Shown here: positions 1 through 15,849 of the stretch, in pieces
Numbering within the stretch: position 1 is the stretch's first letter
Layout of the letters: each line of letters begins with the position of its first letter
Origin: the human T2T-CHM13v2.0 reference genome, Homo sapiens
Reading direction: 5' to 3' (one strand)
Length of the DNA: 64,000 nucleotides
Assembly: GCF_009914755.1 (NCBI RefSeq)
Contig: NC_060927.1
Translations under genes and position numbers: made by a program
Notes under the pieces: generated by a model
What the model was told of the DNA's origin: nothing
Databases searched by the model: none
The model's input: the letters and a program-made list of their open reading frames with translations, nothing else

Positions 1-204
1 TATAAATCACCTTAAGTTTATTGTGTTGGAACTCCACAACAATGTGAGAGTCTATTTCACGATATTATTTCCAGATGTCAAGTATAAAATATGTACTTGG
101 TAGAGTCTTTATTTCACTTTTCTCCTTTCTCACAAACAAAAACATGGGATGAGAATCAGAAGTAGAGAAAAGATGAGACGCTTTATGAATGGTGAATTAT
201 TATT

Positions 205-502
205 ACTCTTATTTTTTTCTGAGATGGAGTTTCACTCTTTCACCCAGGCTGGAGTGAAGTGGCACAATCTTGGTTCACTGCAACCTCCGCCCCTCAGGTT
301 CAAGCGATTCTCCTGCCTCAACCTCCTGAGTAGCTAGGATTATAGGCGTGTGCCACCACACCTGACGAATTTTTGTATTTTTAGTAGAGGCAGGGTTTCA
401 CCATGTTGGCCAGGCTGGTCCTGAACTCTTGACCTCATGTTATCCACCCGCTTCGGCCTCCCAAAGTGCTAGGATGACAGGCATGAGCCACCACGCCCAG
501 CC
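205..502 (-). mobile_element. Alu (AluS-like)
   Basis: T-rich tail followed by reverse-complement Alu (GAGATGGAGTTTCACTC...CCACGCCCAGCC). Confidence 0.95.
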
Positions 503-620
503 ACATGAATAGTGAATTCTAGAATAATTAATAGGAAGTGGAATATATTCATCCATTTTTTCATTAGACAAGTATTTACAGTGGGGTACATCTTCCATAG
601 GGATTCAGTTCCAAACTCAG

Positions 621-737
621 TTTTCTTTTGTTTGAAAGAGATGCTGCCCAGGCTGGACTCCAACAGTTGGGCTTAAGTGATCCTCCTGCCTCAGCCTCCC
701 GAGGCTGGGTCTACACATGCGTGCCACCTTGCTCTGC
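621..737 (-). mobile_element. Alu monomer fragment (FLAM/FRAM-like)
   Basis: TGCCCAGGCTGG...AAGTGATCCTCCTGCCTCAGCCTCCC, single arm only. Confidence 0.75.
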
Positions 738-1964
738 TCCCCAAAATCAGTTTTGGCAAATGTGGAGTGTGGTAAAAATTACCACTGAAAAACTTTTGAA
801 TATACAGTCCACTAGGCTTTGTGTACATTATATTATCTTTCAGTAAGCCCAATGCAGCCAGTTTCTTCCAGGGTTAGAATATGGTGCTATTTCTACACCC
901 AAGATCCAGATGAAGTGATGCTGTACCCAAATATGTATGTCGGGATTTGCTAGGCACTCAGTGATGAATTCACGACACTTCAACATGCATACGGTGATGA
1001 GTGCCTGTAATACCTAGGCCCTCAAGGAGCTGGCAGTCAAATGAGCAGGGAGAAAGTGGCAGTGAAACAACGAGCAGTATGGTGGTAAACAGCACAGACT
1101 CTATTGTTTTTGTTATTATAAATGGTCCAGAGCCTGACACTCTGTCTCAACAGCTGTATGTTAGAAATGTTTCCCATATCAACTGCATCTAACATCTAGG
1201 AATCAGCTTCAATCTCACAATAAGTCTTAAAAAGAAGTTAGTATTTTAGAGTAGCCACTAAGCTACTCTAAATGCTAAAATACTTTGACAATTGTTTTTC
1301 CATGCTCTCTGTGCCTAACACGTTTTTAACATGTTGTTTTTTCCAGTTGTTCTTAAATGGGACACTGACCCAGTGCTTGGCTGCTCCGAAGCCACTCCAA
1401 ATGTGAAATATGTCGAAGCTAAAGCTGCACTGCCCTCCTTTCTCTTCTTTCTAATGGGGCCAAGTGAATTAAATGTCACTCATCCCAAAAAAGAAGGCAA
1501 ATCCTCTTTAAAACCAAAAATTCTTTTGGGTTAGGCTAGCTTCTCCTCTATTCATGTGAAGAGATTTAATTCCTTTTTGTTGGTTTTGTTTTTTTCAATT
1601 CTGGGAAGAGGATGAGCCACCCTGGCTCTGGCCATCAGAGCCACTTTCTTTTTGCACATGTTTGAAAGGCATGACACAACTTGAACTGGAAAAAGGGCTG
1701 GCATGAACCCCGGCATCTCAAGAGAGACTAGAGGTGCTTTTCAGAGTGAGGGTCCCATTTTGCAAGAAATTATTTGGAGGATCAAAGACAAAAACTGAGG
1801 CATCGAAAGGGACCAACTTAGGCTTCAGAGGAAGGGGAGAGTGCTACTGGGGACCTTGAAAATAATTATCAGGAAACACAGCTTATGGTTCACATTTCAA
1901 ACCCAGCCTACAATGTTTCTTTACGTGTATTTCTTGGCATCTTCAGTCGAAAATATCACCCAAA

Positions 1965-2182
1965 TGAGGCAGAGTGGTATAGTGGATTTGAGATCTGTTT
2001 CTGCCATTAACTGACTAAGAGACTACTGTAAGTAACATCTCCAAGCCTTGGTCTCCTCCAATGTAAAATGGGCATAAGAACATCCATTACATGAGGCTGT
2101 TTTGAGAATTTCATCAAATAACAAAAGTAAAGCACCTAGCACAGTGCCGGATATGCATGACACACTATAAATATTAGTTCCC
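1965..2182 (+). mobile_element. MIR SINE
   Basis: MIR-like core TGTAAAATGGG and 3' end GTAAAGCACCTAGCACAGTGCC...TAAATATTAG. Confidence 0.75.
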
Positions 2183-2354
2183 TTCCTTTCCCTTGTGAAA
2201 ATCTATCCAAACTGTTTAAAGGGATCTGAGTAATTCAAATGCAAAAAAAGAAAAAAAATCAATAAACACCTTATAGTACAATGAACACAAGAAAATGGAG
2301 AGAAATAATGGTAGACATCAATTTACTGCAAAAACTACAGATATACTTGATTTC

Positions 2355-2356
2355 TT

Positions 2357-2402
<46 letters not shown>

Positions 2403-2679
2403 AAGATGGAGTTTCACTCTTGTCACCCAGACTGGAGAACGATCTCTGCTCACTGCAACCTTCACTTCCCAGGTTCAAGTGATTCTTTTGCCTCAGTCTC
2501 CTGAGTAGCTGGCACTACAGGCATGCGCCACTACGCCAGGCTAATTTTTTTGTATTTTTAGTAGAGACGGGGTTTCACCATGTTGGCCAGGCTGGTCTTG
2601 AACTCCTGACCTCAGGTGATCTGCCTGCCTCGGCCTCCCAAAGTGCTGGGATTACAGGCATGAGCCACTGCACCTGGCT
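2355..2679 (-). mobile_element. Alu (AluS-like) with (CA)n tail
   Basis: Alu body, with 15-bp TSD GATATACTTGATTTC at 2340-2354 and 2680-2694. Confidence 0.95.
2359..2400. repeat. (GT)21 microsatellite occupying the Alu tail
   Basis: Perfect GT run directly visible. Confidence 0.98.
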
Positions 2680-3703
2680 GATATACTTGATTTCATATAG
2701 TCGAGTAGTTAAGTAACAATTGACTCAGAGACAAAAATATTCTTAAAACACAGGTCTAGCTAACCACAAGTCTCACATAGTTCCCCCACCAGCACCCCAC
2801 AATTTTTTTTTTTTGCATTCTAATAATAGCAACTCTCAGATTCAGTGTGAGAGGCAGCCAAAGCTGCGATTCCTTTACTGCCCTTGTTGGTAATGAGTGC
2901 CTTGGTGGTAATGAGCATCTCATGTCAGCACAAGATTTTCTCTCCCATTTAAAGTAAAAAGGGGACTTCAGCTTGCAGTAAAAAGCACAGTAAGATTGAA
3001 TGCAAGCAAAAGAATATGTAATGGATTTCCATTTTTCCTAATAAAGAAATGCTCAAGAAGTTTTAATCTAATTTAATTTTTCTAATAATTTACAAGGAGA
3101 TAATAGTTCCAAAATGTGAGGGGACATACCAGGTACAGAAATGCAGGAAGCCTTGAAGGTTCTATGACTTCAACTAATGGAAAAACAGATTTAGCCTAAA
3201 AAATGCTGTTGTTTTTAAACAAGTATGTTTATGCAAACTCCAAACAGTAAGTATCTTTGTACCCACAAGTGGATGTTAATAAAAAATACATGATTGATTT
3301 AATTTTTTACTTAACAAAGTACAAAAATATGTACCTGTTTCAATTATGACTTCAAACCCCATCCTTCTTCATGAAAGTAGCAGATAAAAATCATATAAAA
3401 TCAACATCTATTTGTGCGTATATAACTTTTTGTTTTGATATACCTTTAAACTTATAGGAAAGTTGCAAGAATATATACGGCACGGCCATCTACTGATTCA
3501 CCAACTTTTTTTTTTTTATTTAAGTTAGTAGCATTAGAATAATCACTTGTTTCTAAATGATCCCTCAGTGATAGTAATCCTTTGGCTGGTCACTTTTCTA
3601 ACTTTGAAGAGAAGTGAGTTTTATTCTGTAACACTCGCAAGATAAAGAAAGATGAAAAAAAGCTAATATAAACCAATTTGAATAACCAAATCGGGAAACC
3701 ATG

Positions 3704-4577
3704 TGTGATATTGTGATATATTAAGAAATAAATCTCTGTCACCATTGCCGATCTAGAGTTCCTATAACCCTTGTAGATAGGGGTGCTAGGAGAATCTTTG
3801 GTTTTAATATTTGGTCTTTGACTTCGGCTCCTGACACAGAGCTTCTAATCCCTTGGAATTTTCTGGGTGATAGGAACTTCTCTTGTTTTAATGAGGTGAC
3901 TGTTGGTGGGCTCCTACATAGCCTTAGGAAGGGGCTGGTTGCCAGGGGGAACCAACCACATGGCTGGAGGATTCGAACTTTCAGTCCCACACCACATCCC
4001 AACCTTCAGGGAAGGGAAGAGGGGCTGAAGGATGAGCTGATCACCAGTGATGAAATCAATTATGCCTATGTAATAAAGCCTCCATAAAAATCCATAAGGA
4101 TAGGGTTCAGAGAGCTTCTGGATAGCTGAACATGTGAAGGCTCCTGGAGGGTGGCACATCCAGAGAGGGTGTGGAAGCTCCAAGTACCTTGTCCTATGTA
4201 TCTCTTCCACCTGGCTGTTCATCTGAATCCCTTGTAACATTCTTTCTAATAAATGGGTAAAAGTAAGTGAAGTGTCTCCCTGAGTTATGTGAGTCATTCT
4301 AGCAAATGGATCAAATCCAAGGAGGGAGTTAGTCAGAAGCACAGGTCACCACCTGTAGCTTGCAATTGGCATCTAAAAAGGTGGGCTGGAGGGGGTGCAG
4401 TCTTGTGGGACTAAGCCCTTAGCCTGTGAGATCTGATACTATCTCTGGGTAGGTAGTGTCAGAATTGAATGAAATTACAGGACACCCAGTTGGTGTCTGC
4501 TAGGGAATCGGAAGTGCTGTGTTGGATGGTGTGTGAGGGTAAAAAGAAAAAAGTTTGATTTTTTTTTTCCCTTCAGA
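3704..4577 (+). mobile_element. MER21-family solo LTR
   Basis: Starts TGTGATATTGTGA and contains CCTGACACAGAGCTTCTAATCCCTTGG, an AATAAA signal and ACAGGACACCCAGTTGGTGTC, as in MER21; about 870 bp. Confidence 0.8.
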
Positions 4578-5289
4578 CCTGGTGACACCAAGTTTTTTGA
4601 TAAAATCTAAAGTAATAACATTTCAGCAGTAATGATGATGACCCCAATGTCCTTCCACTGAAGGAGAAAACAGACCCCACCCAAAAGGTGGGAAGCGCCG
4701 GCAGATGATTCCTTTATTTATGGAGCTGCTGATGGTCACACCACGGTGTAATACAAACATTTCTGTCTAAACACTAACTTGGGCAGAGCCACTTTTACAC
4801 TGTGCCTTGTATTTAATTGACAGGAAGTTTTTCAAAACAGGAGAGAGCTGCCTTACTTTGATTAATGTATTAATTCAACTGGCAACCTCCAAATAAGTTT
4901 TCTTAGGAGTAGAGGAAATACGTGCGAATAACATTAAAATGTCCTTCCAGTGCTTGGAATGAATATTCTACTTGTACAGACATAGATTTTGAAGACAAAA
5001 TTGTAAATAGTAAAATCTCCACCTCAGTCTTTATAGAATGTATGATTTAATAAACAAAAGAAAAAATGCAGCTTCAGAAAAATAGCTTTAAAAATGCCCA
5101 TAAAATGCACACAAAAGAACCTGAAAACTTACGGCGGGTTATTCTCGCATATTACTAGACTTAACTTGGTACCATCTTTCTGAAGAGCAGTATATCAATA
5201 TGCAACAAAAACCTGGGAAAAGCTTTGATCCAGTAAGTCCATTTGCACAAAGCTTTTATTCCCAGAAAACAATTAGATGGGAATGACAG

Positions 5290-5670
5290 AGATGGTTGTT
5301 GCTTTGGAATATCTGCTCTCCCTTTTTAGGTGCTAAGTATTGCCAAGAGACTAAGTTCTAGACAATGAACAGAAGTGCTGTGTGGGCTTCTGGGAAAGGT
5401 TTTTAAACGGAAGCAATAGACATACGTTTCTGCTTCCCACCCTTCCATCTTTTCTCCAGCCTGGCATATGAACGTGATGGCTGGAGCTGCAGCAGACAGC
5501 TGGAATTATGAGGAATGGAAGCCACTCAGTAAGAACAACTAAGCAGAAAGGTGCAGCGGAGCCAGCAAACCAGCTCTTGAGTTCCTTAATTCAGATTTCC
5601 TTAATGTTAGAGAAATAAATGATCTCATTTCGCATCCCTGTAAATCACAAACATGACTCCAAACCAATAC
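5290..5670 (+). mobile_element. Old MaLR/ERVL LTR (MLT1-like) between L1M-like fragments
   Basis: GGGCTTCTGGGAAAG and GTGATGGCTGGAGCTGCAGCAG motifs. The flanks (about 5170-5280 and 5680-5950) resemble L1ME 3' sequence. Confidence 0.55.
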
Positions 5671-7608
5671 AAGTATGCAGAATGTATGCTTAAGGATGTC
5701 CACAGCGGTTTTGTTTCTATCTTTAGTGTATGATGATAGAATGGTTAAACAAATTATGGTACAGTCAGACAGTGGAAGACTGAACAGACATGATAAATTA
5801 CATGGATCTGTATTTGCTAAAATATATTGTGGGAGTGAACATAATCCCGTTTTGGTAAATAGAACACATATGAACAAGGGGGAAGTAGGCTTTATTCATA
5901 TCTTTACATTTCTTTGTTCTTTTTGTACAATAAGCATTATTTTTCTAATCAGAAAAAAAATGAGAAAGCTATCCTCCCCCCAAAATGAACCCATTTCCTG
6001 CTTAAAAAATGATGCTGCATTCCACATTTGAACCTATACCTGCTCATTACAGCCTCTGAAAATAATTCCACAGCTATAGTGCAGGACTGAAAATCTTGTC
6101 TCTGCCTTAACTGTGAGTTGGAAAAGGCGCCACCATAATACTCCCATGAGTGCTTAGCCTAAAGGTGCTCTGAACTAGAGAGAGGCACAAAAGGGGGAAA
6201 AATGCAATAGAAGGAAGGGATAAAGAGGATCAAGGGAAGTTCTATAATTAAGCAATATTTTACGGCTGCCTCTGGCAGCTGTTTGAGTGAGCGGGAGAAT
6301 CTAAACGAGGTGTCAACAGACACAGGAGCTGCCCTCTCCTTGGGCAGATCCAGCAGGGCCTAGCATGTCCTGTACTTCACAGGACAATCTGGGGCATCTT
6401 ATATCCAGCACCTGTCAGCCTGGGAGACTCCCAGCTGCAATACTGTTATTGCTGTCATCTGCCTAATCCAGAAGGGAGCGGCATTTATTGTATCTAGAAA
6501 GAAAGATTAGGCTAAAATATATTTGACTGTTCTTATGAAAGAGAATGCATGCCTCACGTAACTGTGTTTGTTTTCTTCTTGTCCCTCCTGACTTTTTCTG
6601 TTTTTATCAAAGGAAGAAACCTACTCTTGCAGCTGTATTTTTCATTTTTAACCCCCACGTTAATCATATATTCACAACAAATAATGGTTTAAATTTAGTC
6701 TGACGACCAGCCACAAGGCTCCTTCTCATCCCACTATGAGGCACATCCTGCCTTCAGACTCTTTACGCAATCCTCATTGACTTGGAGAGGAACCCCGTGC
6801 AATGAGTTAAACAGGATATAGACCATCATAATTACCAGAGGAAATGGTATTTTCTTTACAGGATACATTTAGATTTTTCCTTTCCATGAGTTTTTTTTTT
6901 TTTTTAATGGTGTTAAAATGAAAGGAGACTTTAAAGCAGCTTTCAACTTCTCAGTAGCCCCAACTATGGACTAAATGCAGAAGGCCTTACACACAGCAGA
7001 CATTAAAAAACTACTCATAGAATAAGTGACTGAATTAAAGGAATGAATGAATGAATGAACATATTTAATGGGTTTACTTCGACAAATCATTTTGCTTCTA
7101 GGTATCAAATGTAACAGTTGAATCTTATTCACATCATATATGTTTTTATCTGTAAGTACTCATAAAACTAATCTAGGAAGATTTGTTCCTTACTTGCCCC
7201 AGAAAGGAACAAATTCTAGAGAATGCTGTCACATTCTATTAAACAAATTAAGTCATTCTCAATTCATTCCTGTTGATTCTGCAAACTGCTCGGCTGAGCC
7301 TCTACCAGGTACTATACACCATGGGTCCTGAAAGTCCACCATATCTAGCATACAATAGACACTAAATAATAAATGTATGTTGAATGAATTGCTACTTATA
7401 TTCCTAATAATGACAATCTTGGTAATAATGATAGTTACAATAATAATTATTCATATTAATTATTAGTCATAATATTCACAATAACCATGCTGTTAATGTC
7501 TGATAATAATAGTTGACATTTATATACCATTTTATGGCTTCAAAAATGATCTTAACTTGATCATTACATAACAGGCTTACTAATCTCTGTTTTTAAGAAA
7601 TAAAAATG

Positions 7609-7925
<317 letters not shown>

Positions 7926-9309
7926 CTACTTAATAAGTTCTTAGTTTCCATGTGGCAGAGCAGAGTCAAATCTTGTTCTCATAATAAGGTCTAGGGCTTT
8001 TTCCATGATACAATACTGCCTTGTGAACCGAAAGAGGCTGACGTGCATAACTTGGGCCATTAGGAAGGAAGGAAAAGGGGAGGTGGACCGTCAGCACTGC
8101 TGATAGCCTGACTTTGTCCTGGAACAATATCTCCTGCAGGCTTGGTCCTCCTCTTGCTTCAATAACACACCACCATCCCTCCTTGTCCCTCCTGAAACCC
8201 TTGAGTCACACAGTATGTCAACTTGCCTGCAAAACTTAGCTTTTTTTTTTTTTTTAACACCCTGGTTTTAATTAGGCATATCCTGTCAAGAAAAGGGACT
8301 CTTGTGACAATAAAACAAATTAGGTCCATGTGATCCTGTAGTTGTTAGGGAGAAAGGAAAGAAAGAAATACAAATACTACTTAAAAAAACATAAATACAA
8401 AGCGGAACGCCAACTCTCCACTATGACCTAAAAGGAAGAGGTAAAAGGACTCTGAAGATAGATTTGGAGATGCAAGGCAACAGCTGAATATGCCATGAGC
8501 AATGCTGGAACCCTAAGCCAGAGCTGGGGATGTGATTCTTAAGGCCCTGCCACTTGGAAAGCCAAAACCTGTTCCTTCAGAAGCCAGTCTCTGATAGTAA
8601 CTTTAGCCTAACTTGCCTTCCATTTTTATTAATGCTTTTAATATCATATTGCCTTTAGTTTTTATTAATGTTTTCATTATTTTAATAACTAGGGAAAATA
8701 TTCAAATAGGGCTGTTGTATAAAATGTGTTCAGTCTATAATAAGCTATGTAACCAGCCTTTATAATTGACTATATAACTGTAATTACTTAACTAAAATTC
8801 AAGATGTACATTCACTTTTCCTAAATTTTCTCTAAACAAAAAAAAGTAGTAGAGATAAATTCCAGTTTTTCTAAGAAATTACCTTTTCATGATAATATCT
8901 TATGTTTTAAAACATTTACACAAAAAACATTTTTGCAATGTATTCTGAAATTAAAAATAGTTATATTAGAAGAAACATTTCATTCTGGGTTAGGAATTGT
9001 ACTCATTTTAAATGACTTGAGAAAAAAGTTCATGTTTAAATACTCAGACCCGTAATAAATATATTAATACAAAAGTGCGGGAAAATGTACAAATGTTATC
9101 ATATGTTGCCAAATGTGAGAAACATTGCGGGAGGGGGTAGGAGAAAGAATTAGTGAATACAAAGTCATTGTGAATTCAGCAAAGGGAGAGACACTTCTGA
9201 TTCTGCCAACTGCATCTGGTATTTCCACCTAAAATCTACTTCTCCGGTAACAAATGCTTTCAGGTTCAACCAGACTGTGAGGAGACACAGCTATGGGGCA
9301 AGGTAACCT

Positions 9310-9570
9310 CAATGATGTTCTATAAAACATCAGTCCTAGAAGATAATCCCCCTCACCCCTGCACCCAAAAGGGTTCTGTTATCAAATAAGTATGGAAAAC
9401 ACTGAATGTTATATTCCTCTCCTAATATTTATACAATACATATGCATATAAAAGATTCTAGTTTTCAATTAGCTTAATCCCACATTTCTGTAATTCATTT
9501 TATGTGTAACTTTTTTCACTTAATTATTACTATCCTATAGAATACATTTTAAGAAGTTGCAAAATATACT
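9310..9570. mobile_element. Possible old DNA-transposon remnant (hAT-like)
   Basis: GGGTTCTGTTATCAAATAAGTATGGAAAACACTG resembles hAT MITE sequence; family uncertain. Confidence 0.3.
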
Positions 9571-11189
9571 ATTTATGGTATTTATTACAAGCATGACTTC
9601 AGATTCAACAGCATTGTCTGAACACACACTGTGCTTCTGACACTATGGCAATATTTTATACCCAACTGACCAGAACTAAAAAAACTACAGGCGTTCCTAT
9701 CCAAAGGCACTGAATAAATGTAAGTACAATGCTATGAAGCCCTGATGCCAAAGCATCCCAACGACAAAGTTCATTCAAAGCAGAGCTAATATAGATTAGA
9801 GAGATTAATCGGCATATATCAGAATATATATATACAGGCATATATGTATGTGTATAAATATATATACATATGTAAAACACACATGTAAATTTCCATATAG
9901 CTTGAAATTAACTTGTGTTTTTAAAAAGTGACCTGAACTGTTTATACCCAGAAAGCTTTTAATCGTCCGCTGTATTTTAAAATCAGGAGCCTGTATCTAT
10001 TCTTAGTGTGCTTTCGAAATAAAGCTTCCCTTGGTTCGGGGTCACAGCTGCTGCAAAGCACTCTGGGTGGCTCCTCTCCATCCCTTTGAAACAGCTGGTG
10101 GGAACCTAGTATAAGGCCTTGAACCCAGCTGTTCAATCTTACTTTCTAACTTTAGCAAGTCCCTTCTCCACTAATGTCACTGGGGCATGCCACATTGAAA
10201 AACACACCAGAGATGGTAGATTCCTATCCCTGCTAAAAAAAACTCCAGGCACACCGAGCCAAGTTACACTCATGTACCAATCACAGTATCACCCAGATAC
10301 CGACTGCAGGATCCGCGTGATCTGATTTAGGCTGGGCATACCAATGATTTAAGAAGGCTTCCCTAGACACCACAAATAGGCATGCTGCCATCACTCCTGC
10401 CAGTTCAGTGCATTAGAAAGTTACCGACTACCAGTGGCAGAGCCCCACAACGTAGAATCGAGAAGACCATGAAAACCAACCTCAGATTCAAAAGACTTGC
10501 ACATACAATGTGCTGTCTGGTGGCTTTTGTCTCCACAATGTTAATGCACCGTACACTACTCATGAAGCCCTCATAATGTAATTACTTCTATTTAATTGAT
10601 TGTACATGCCCTCGTCTTAGTTTTCTTTCTTTTTTTTTTTTTAATTGCATGCTCATTGTAATTACTTGCCCCAAAGCCAGGAGATTTCAGAAATATTTGA
10701 CTGTTTATTACCCTTTGAGAATTACTAATTAAAATAATTTCCTTCAGTGAAAAGGGTTGCTCTTTTCCTGATTCCACTTCGACACTGCTCACCACTGAAG
10801 AGAACTCTAAGAATGCCTTGCTAAGCTCCCCTGTAATTGACTGCCTCCTTTGTTAACACATGCGTGGACTTAAAAAACATTAAACGACTTATACAAATGG
10901 AAACAAAATGCTCTTTGAGTTCTATTGATAACTTAACCTTTAGTGTTTTGGATGAAATCCCAATTCTAGGGAAGCAGGGGGAGCCATTGAATGAAACCAT
11001 TATGTAAAACATTGTTGTGGGAATTATTTTGTGTGAAAATATATACAGTATATCATTTAAAATGTCTTTGAAGGTGGGCTTTCAAAATACCTAATTAAAA
11101 TATACATATTTTGTATGGCTTCTCTACTTCGTGCTTCCTTTTTCAGGGAAAGAGAAGAAATTTGCATAAGGCAAATGAACCCATGACGC

Positions 11190-12880
<1,691 letters not shown>

Positions 12881-12991
12881 GATTTTTTTAACAATAAAAT
12901 CCTTCCTACTTGGTTCAAGTTTCCAAAATGAACTGCAGTAGAATTCCTCCCAAATTAACATTCATATTATGGTTCAAATTTCTCCATAATT

Positions 12992-13402
<411 letters not shown>

Positions 13403-13924
13403 CTATCCTCCAGTTATAACAAAAATTACAGTAAAGGACAGTAAGTGTTCTAAGAGAAGTAGTGAAGTCTGTTCTGAAACTGAAAGTTGTTTGGATGTTT
13501 TCCAAAGACAAGCCATCATATTCCTGCCCTGCTCTCTCAGACCTGGCACTGATAACACAACAGCCTTCAGGAATTCATTTTTCTTCTGAATCATTCTCCA
13601 CTGGGGAATTAGCCCTGGCATTTCTAATTCCCTTGCTGGGCACAAGCAAGCCCTGGCACCACAGCTTTCCCAGAGAAATCCCTCTGTAACCTGTTCCTCT
13701 GTCAGTGCACTGATTAAGTTAGAAAAGGTGAGCCCACTTCTCTGTGGCTCGCTGACCTCAGGACATGAGGAACTGTGGATTTGAATACACAAGGCAACAG
13801 CCGTAGTGCAGTGGATCTTCTAGTGGACCCGCCACTGGTACACATTTTCTTGACTCTGAGGACAGAGGCTGAAGAGCACTCAGAGCAGTACCTGGTGCCA
13901 TCACTCAGACTTTGAAGCCATGTT

Positions 13925-14365
13925 GCATAACAGATAATGATGTGCGCAATGGCGAATCTTGTTTGAAGGTAAGATCTGCCGCTTACTAGCTGTGTGACTT
14001 TGGATAAGCTACTGTGCTTCTATTTCTCAGTTTCTACATCTATACAGTGGAGATATTGCACAGTGGTTAAGACGTCTGGAATCAGATTGTGTTCCAATAG
14101 TAGCTCCTACACTTTCTACTTAAATTAACTTGGGCAAATTACTTAATCTCTTGGTGCCTCCATTTTCTACCAATATCTATGACACACAAAGACCTTAGAA
14201 CAAAACCTGGCAGATAGAAAACTATCAATAAATATTAGCTACCATTATGATTAGGACACAATGATCTACTCCATAAAGTTACCCTGAAATTAAAGTTAAT
14301 AAAGCATGCAAAGCTCTTAACATGGTGCCTAGAACACATAATTGTTTAATAAATGTTAGCTATTG
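13925..14365 (+). mobile_element. Two MIR SINEs, apparently nested
   Basis: Two MIR cores (CTTACTAGCTGTGTGACTTTGG; CTTGGGCAAATTACTTAATCTC) and two MIR 3' ends (AATAAATATTAGCTA; AATAAATGTTAGCTA). Confidence 0.7.
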
Positions 14366-14568
14366 TGATTTGGCTTCACAATAACTGTTAGGTAAACAGT
14401 GCCAATATTAGTATTTTATTGATAAGGAAGCCAAGGATCAAAAAGACTCAGTGACTTTCCCTCTGTCGTATGCTGACAACAATGACTTTACTATTCCATG
14501 CTCATACTCTTCCTAAAATTCTCTATGCCTTAAGGATCCACTATAAAGAACAGAGAGAAACTAAAATA

Positions 14569-14889
14569 GGCCAGGAGCCTGTAATCCCAGCACTTTGGAA
14601 TGCCAAGATGGGTGATAGATTGAGCCTAGAGGTTCGAGACCAGCCTGGGCAACATGGTGAAACCCCAGCTCTACAAAAAAAAAAAAAAAGAAGAAGAAGA
14701 AGAAGAAGGAAAAAAAAAAGAAAAAAAGAAAAATTATCTATCTAGGCGTGGCAGCGCACACCTGAAGTCCCAGTGCCTCGAGAGGCTGGGGTGGAAGGAT
14801 CACCTGAGCTCAAGGGAGGGTGAGGCTGCTGTGAGCTGTGTGAGAGTGAGATCCTGTCTCAAAAAAAAATAAAATAAAGTAAAAAAGAT
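14569..14889 (+). mobile_element. Alu (AluJ-like) with expanded A15(GAA)6 linker
   Basis: TSD AAACTAAAATAG at 14558-14569 and 14890-14901; deletions in both arms. Confidence 0.92.
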
Positions 14890-15559
14890 AAACTAAAATA
14901 GCATTTGAAGATAGACTCATTAACATCAGCATAAGCATTCTGAAGCTAAGTTTAAAATATAAACTAGTAAATGATGAGACTGGGAAAGATGCTTGGAAGA
15001 AAAGCAAGGAGTCCAACCTTGGACACAAGTGCACTTTACTTCGTGCCACTGAAAGTGTAGGCCGAATCCTTTTTTTGTTTGGTTTGCTTGAATCACATTT
15101 TAAATGCACAAGAGAGGTCACCCTTTGAAAATTAATTCTGTGCAAATCTTTTTGGAATGATTATTTTTTAAAAGAAATAAGCTCCACCCTTTTATAAATG
15201 GGATTGTAGTTAAAGATTTTCTGTATCTGCTTCACTCAAAACAAGCAGCATCTGTACTCAAGTGCATGCCTGCAGGTGAGTGTTGTTGGTTAAGCTCAGG
15301 TGAACAGTGAAGGTCCCTGAATATGTGACAGGGCCTAACACAGGTGTTGGTGTTTGACCTACAATGTACCAGAAAAGCCGTAAAGGCAAACCCCCCAATA
15401 GATCCTTCACATTACCTGTCTCCTAGCAGCATGTCAAAAATCAGTGCAAACGTAACAGAAGAATGCCAAAGTCAAGAATACAACTGAGAACATCTTGAAG
15501 CTACGAATTAGTACTTGCCACCATCCAGCTGTTGGTTGCCTATAGATTATCAAGAATTT

Positions 15560-15735
15560 TACTTGTATCATTATCTCATTTAATACTCACAATAATCCTG
15601 GAAAAATTATTATCCCCATCTTATAAATGAGGAAACTGAGGCTCAAAAGTTTAAAAGACTTGCCTGAAGCTACATAGCTCATAAGTAAAAGAGTAGGAAT
15701 TTGGACCCAAGTCTGACTGGCACTCAAGCCAAGCA
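15560..15735 (-). mobile_element. MIR SINE
   Basis: ATTATCCCCATCTTATAAATGAGGAAACTGAGGCTCA is the reverse-complement MIR core. Confidence 0.85.
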
Positions 15736-15778
15736 CTCTTGAAATTTTCTTTAATCTTCTTTCTAGTGTCTCCTAGTG

Positions 15779-15823
15779 TCTCCCAAATTGCTTGGATTAC
15801 AGGCGTGAGCCACTGTGCCTGGC
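15779..15823 (-). mobile_element. Short Alu 5' fragment
   Basis: TCCCAAATTGCTTGGATTACAGGCGTGAGCCACTGTGCCTGGC. Confidence 0.8.
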
Positions 15824-15849
15824 TGGTTTCTGTCTTTTTTCTAATGCAT

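Noticed and set aside
3739-4342. ORFs of 87-142 aa
   Set aside because: Lie within the non-coding MER21 LTR; no gag/pol/env similarity.
4630-4662. ATGATGA...CTGA C/D box-like pair
   Set aside because: Too short for a snoRNA and no terminal stem.
15255-15285. Plus-strand CAG|GTGAGT
   Set aside because: No pyrimidine tract or matching exon; shows the chance background for such motifs.
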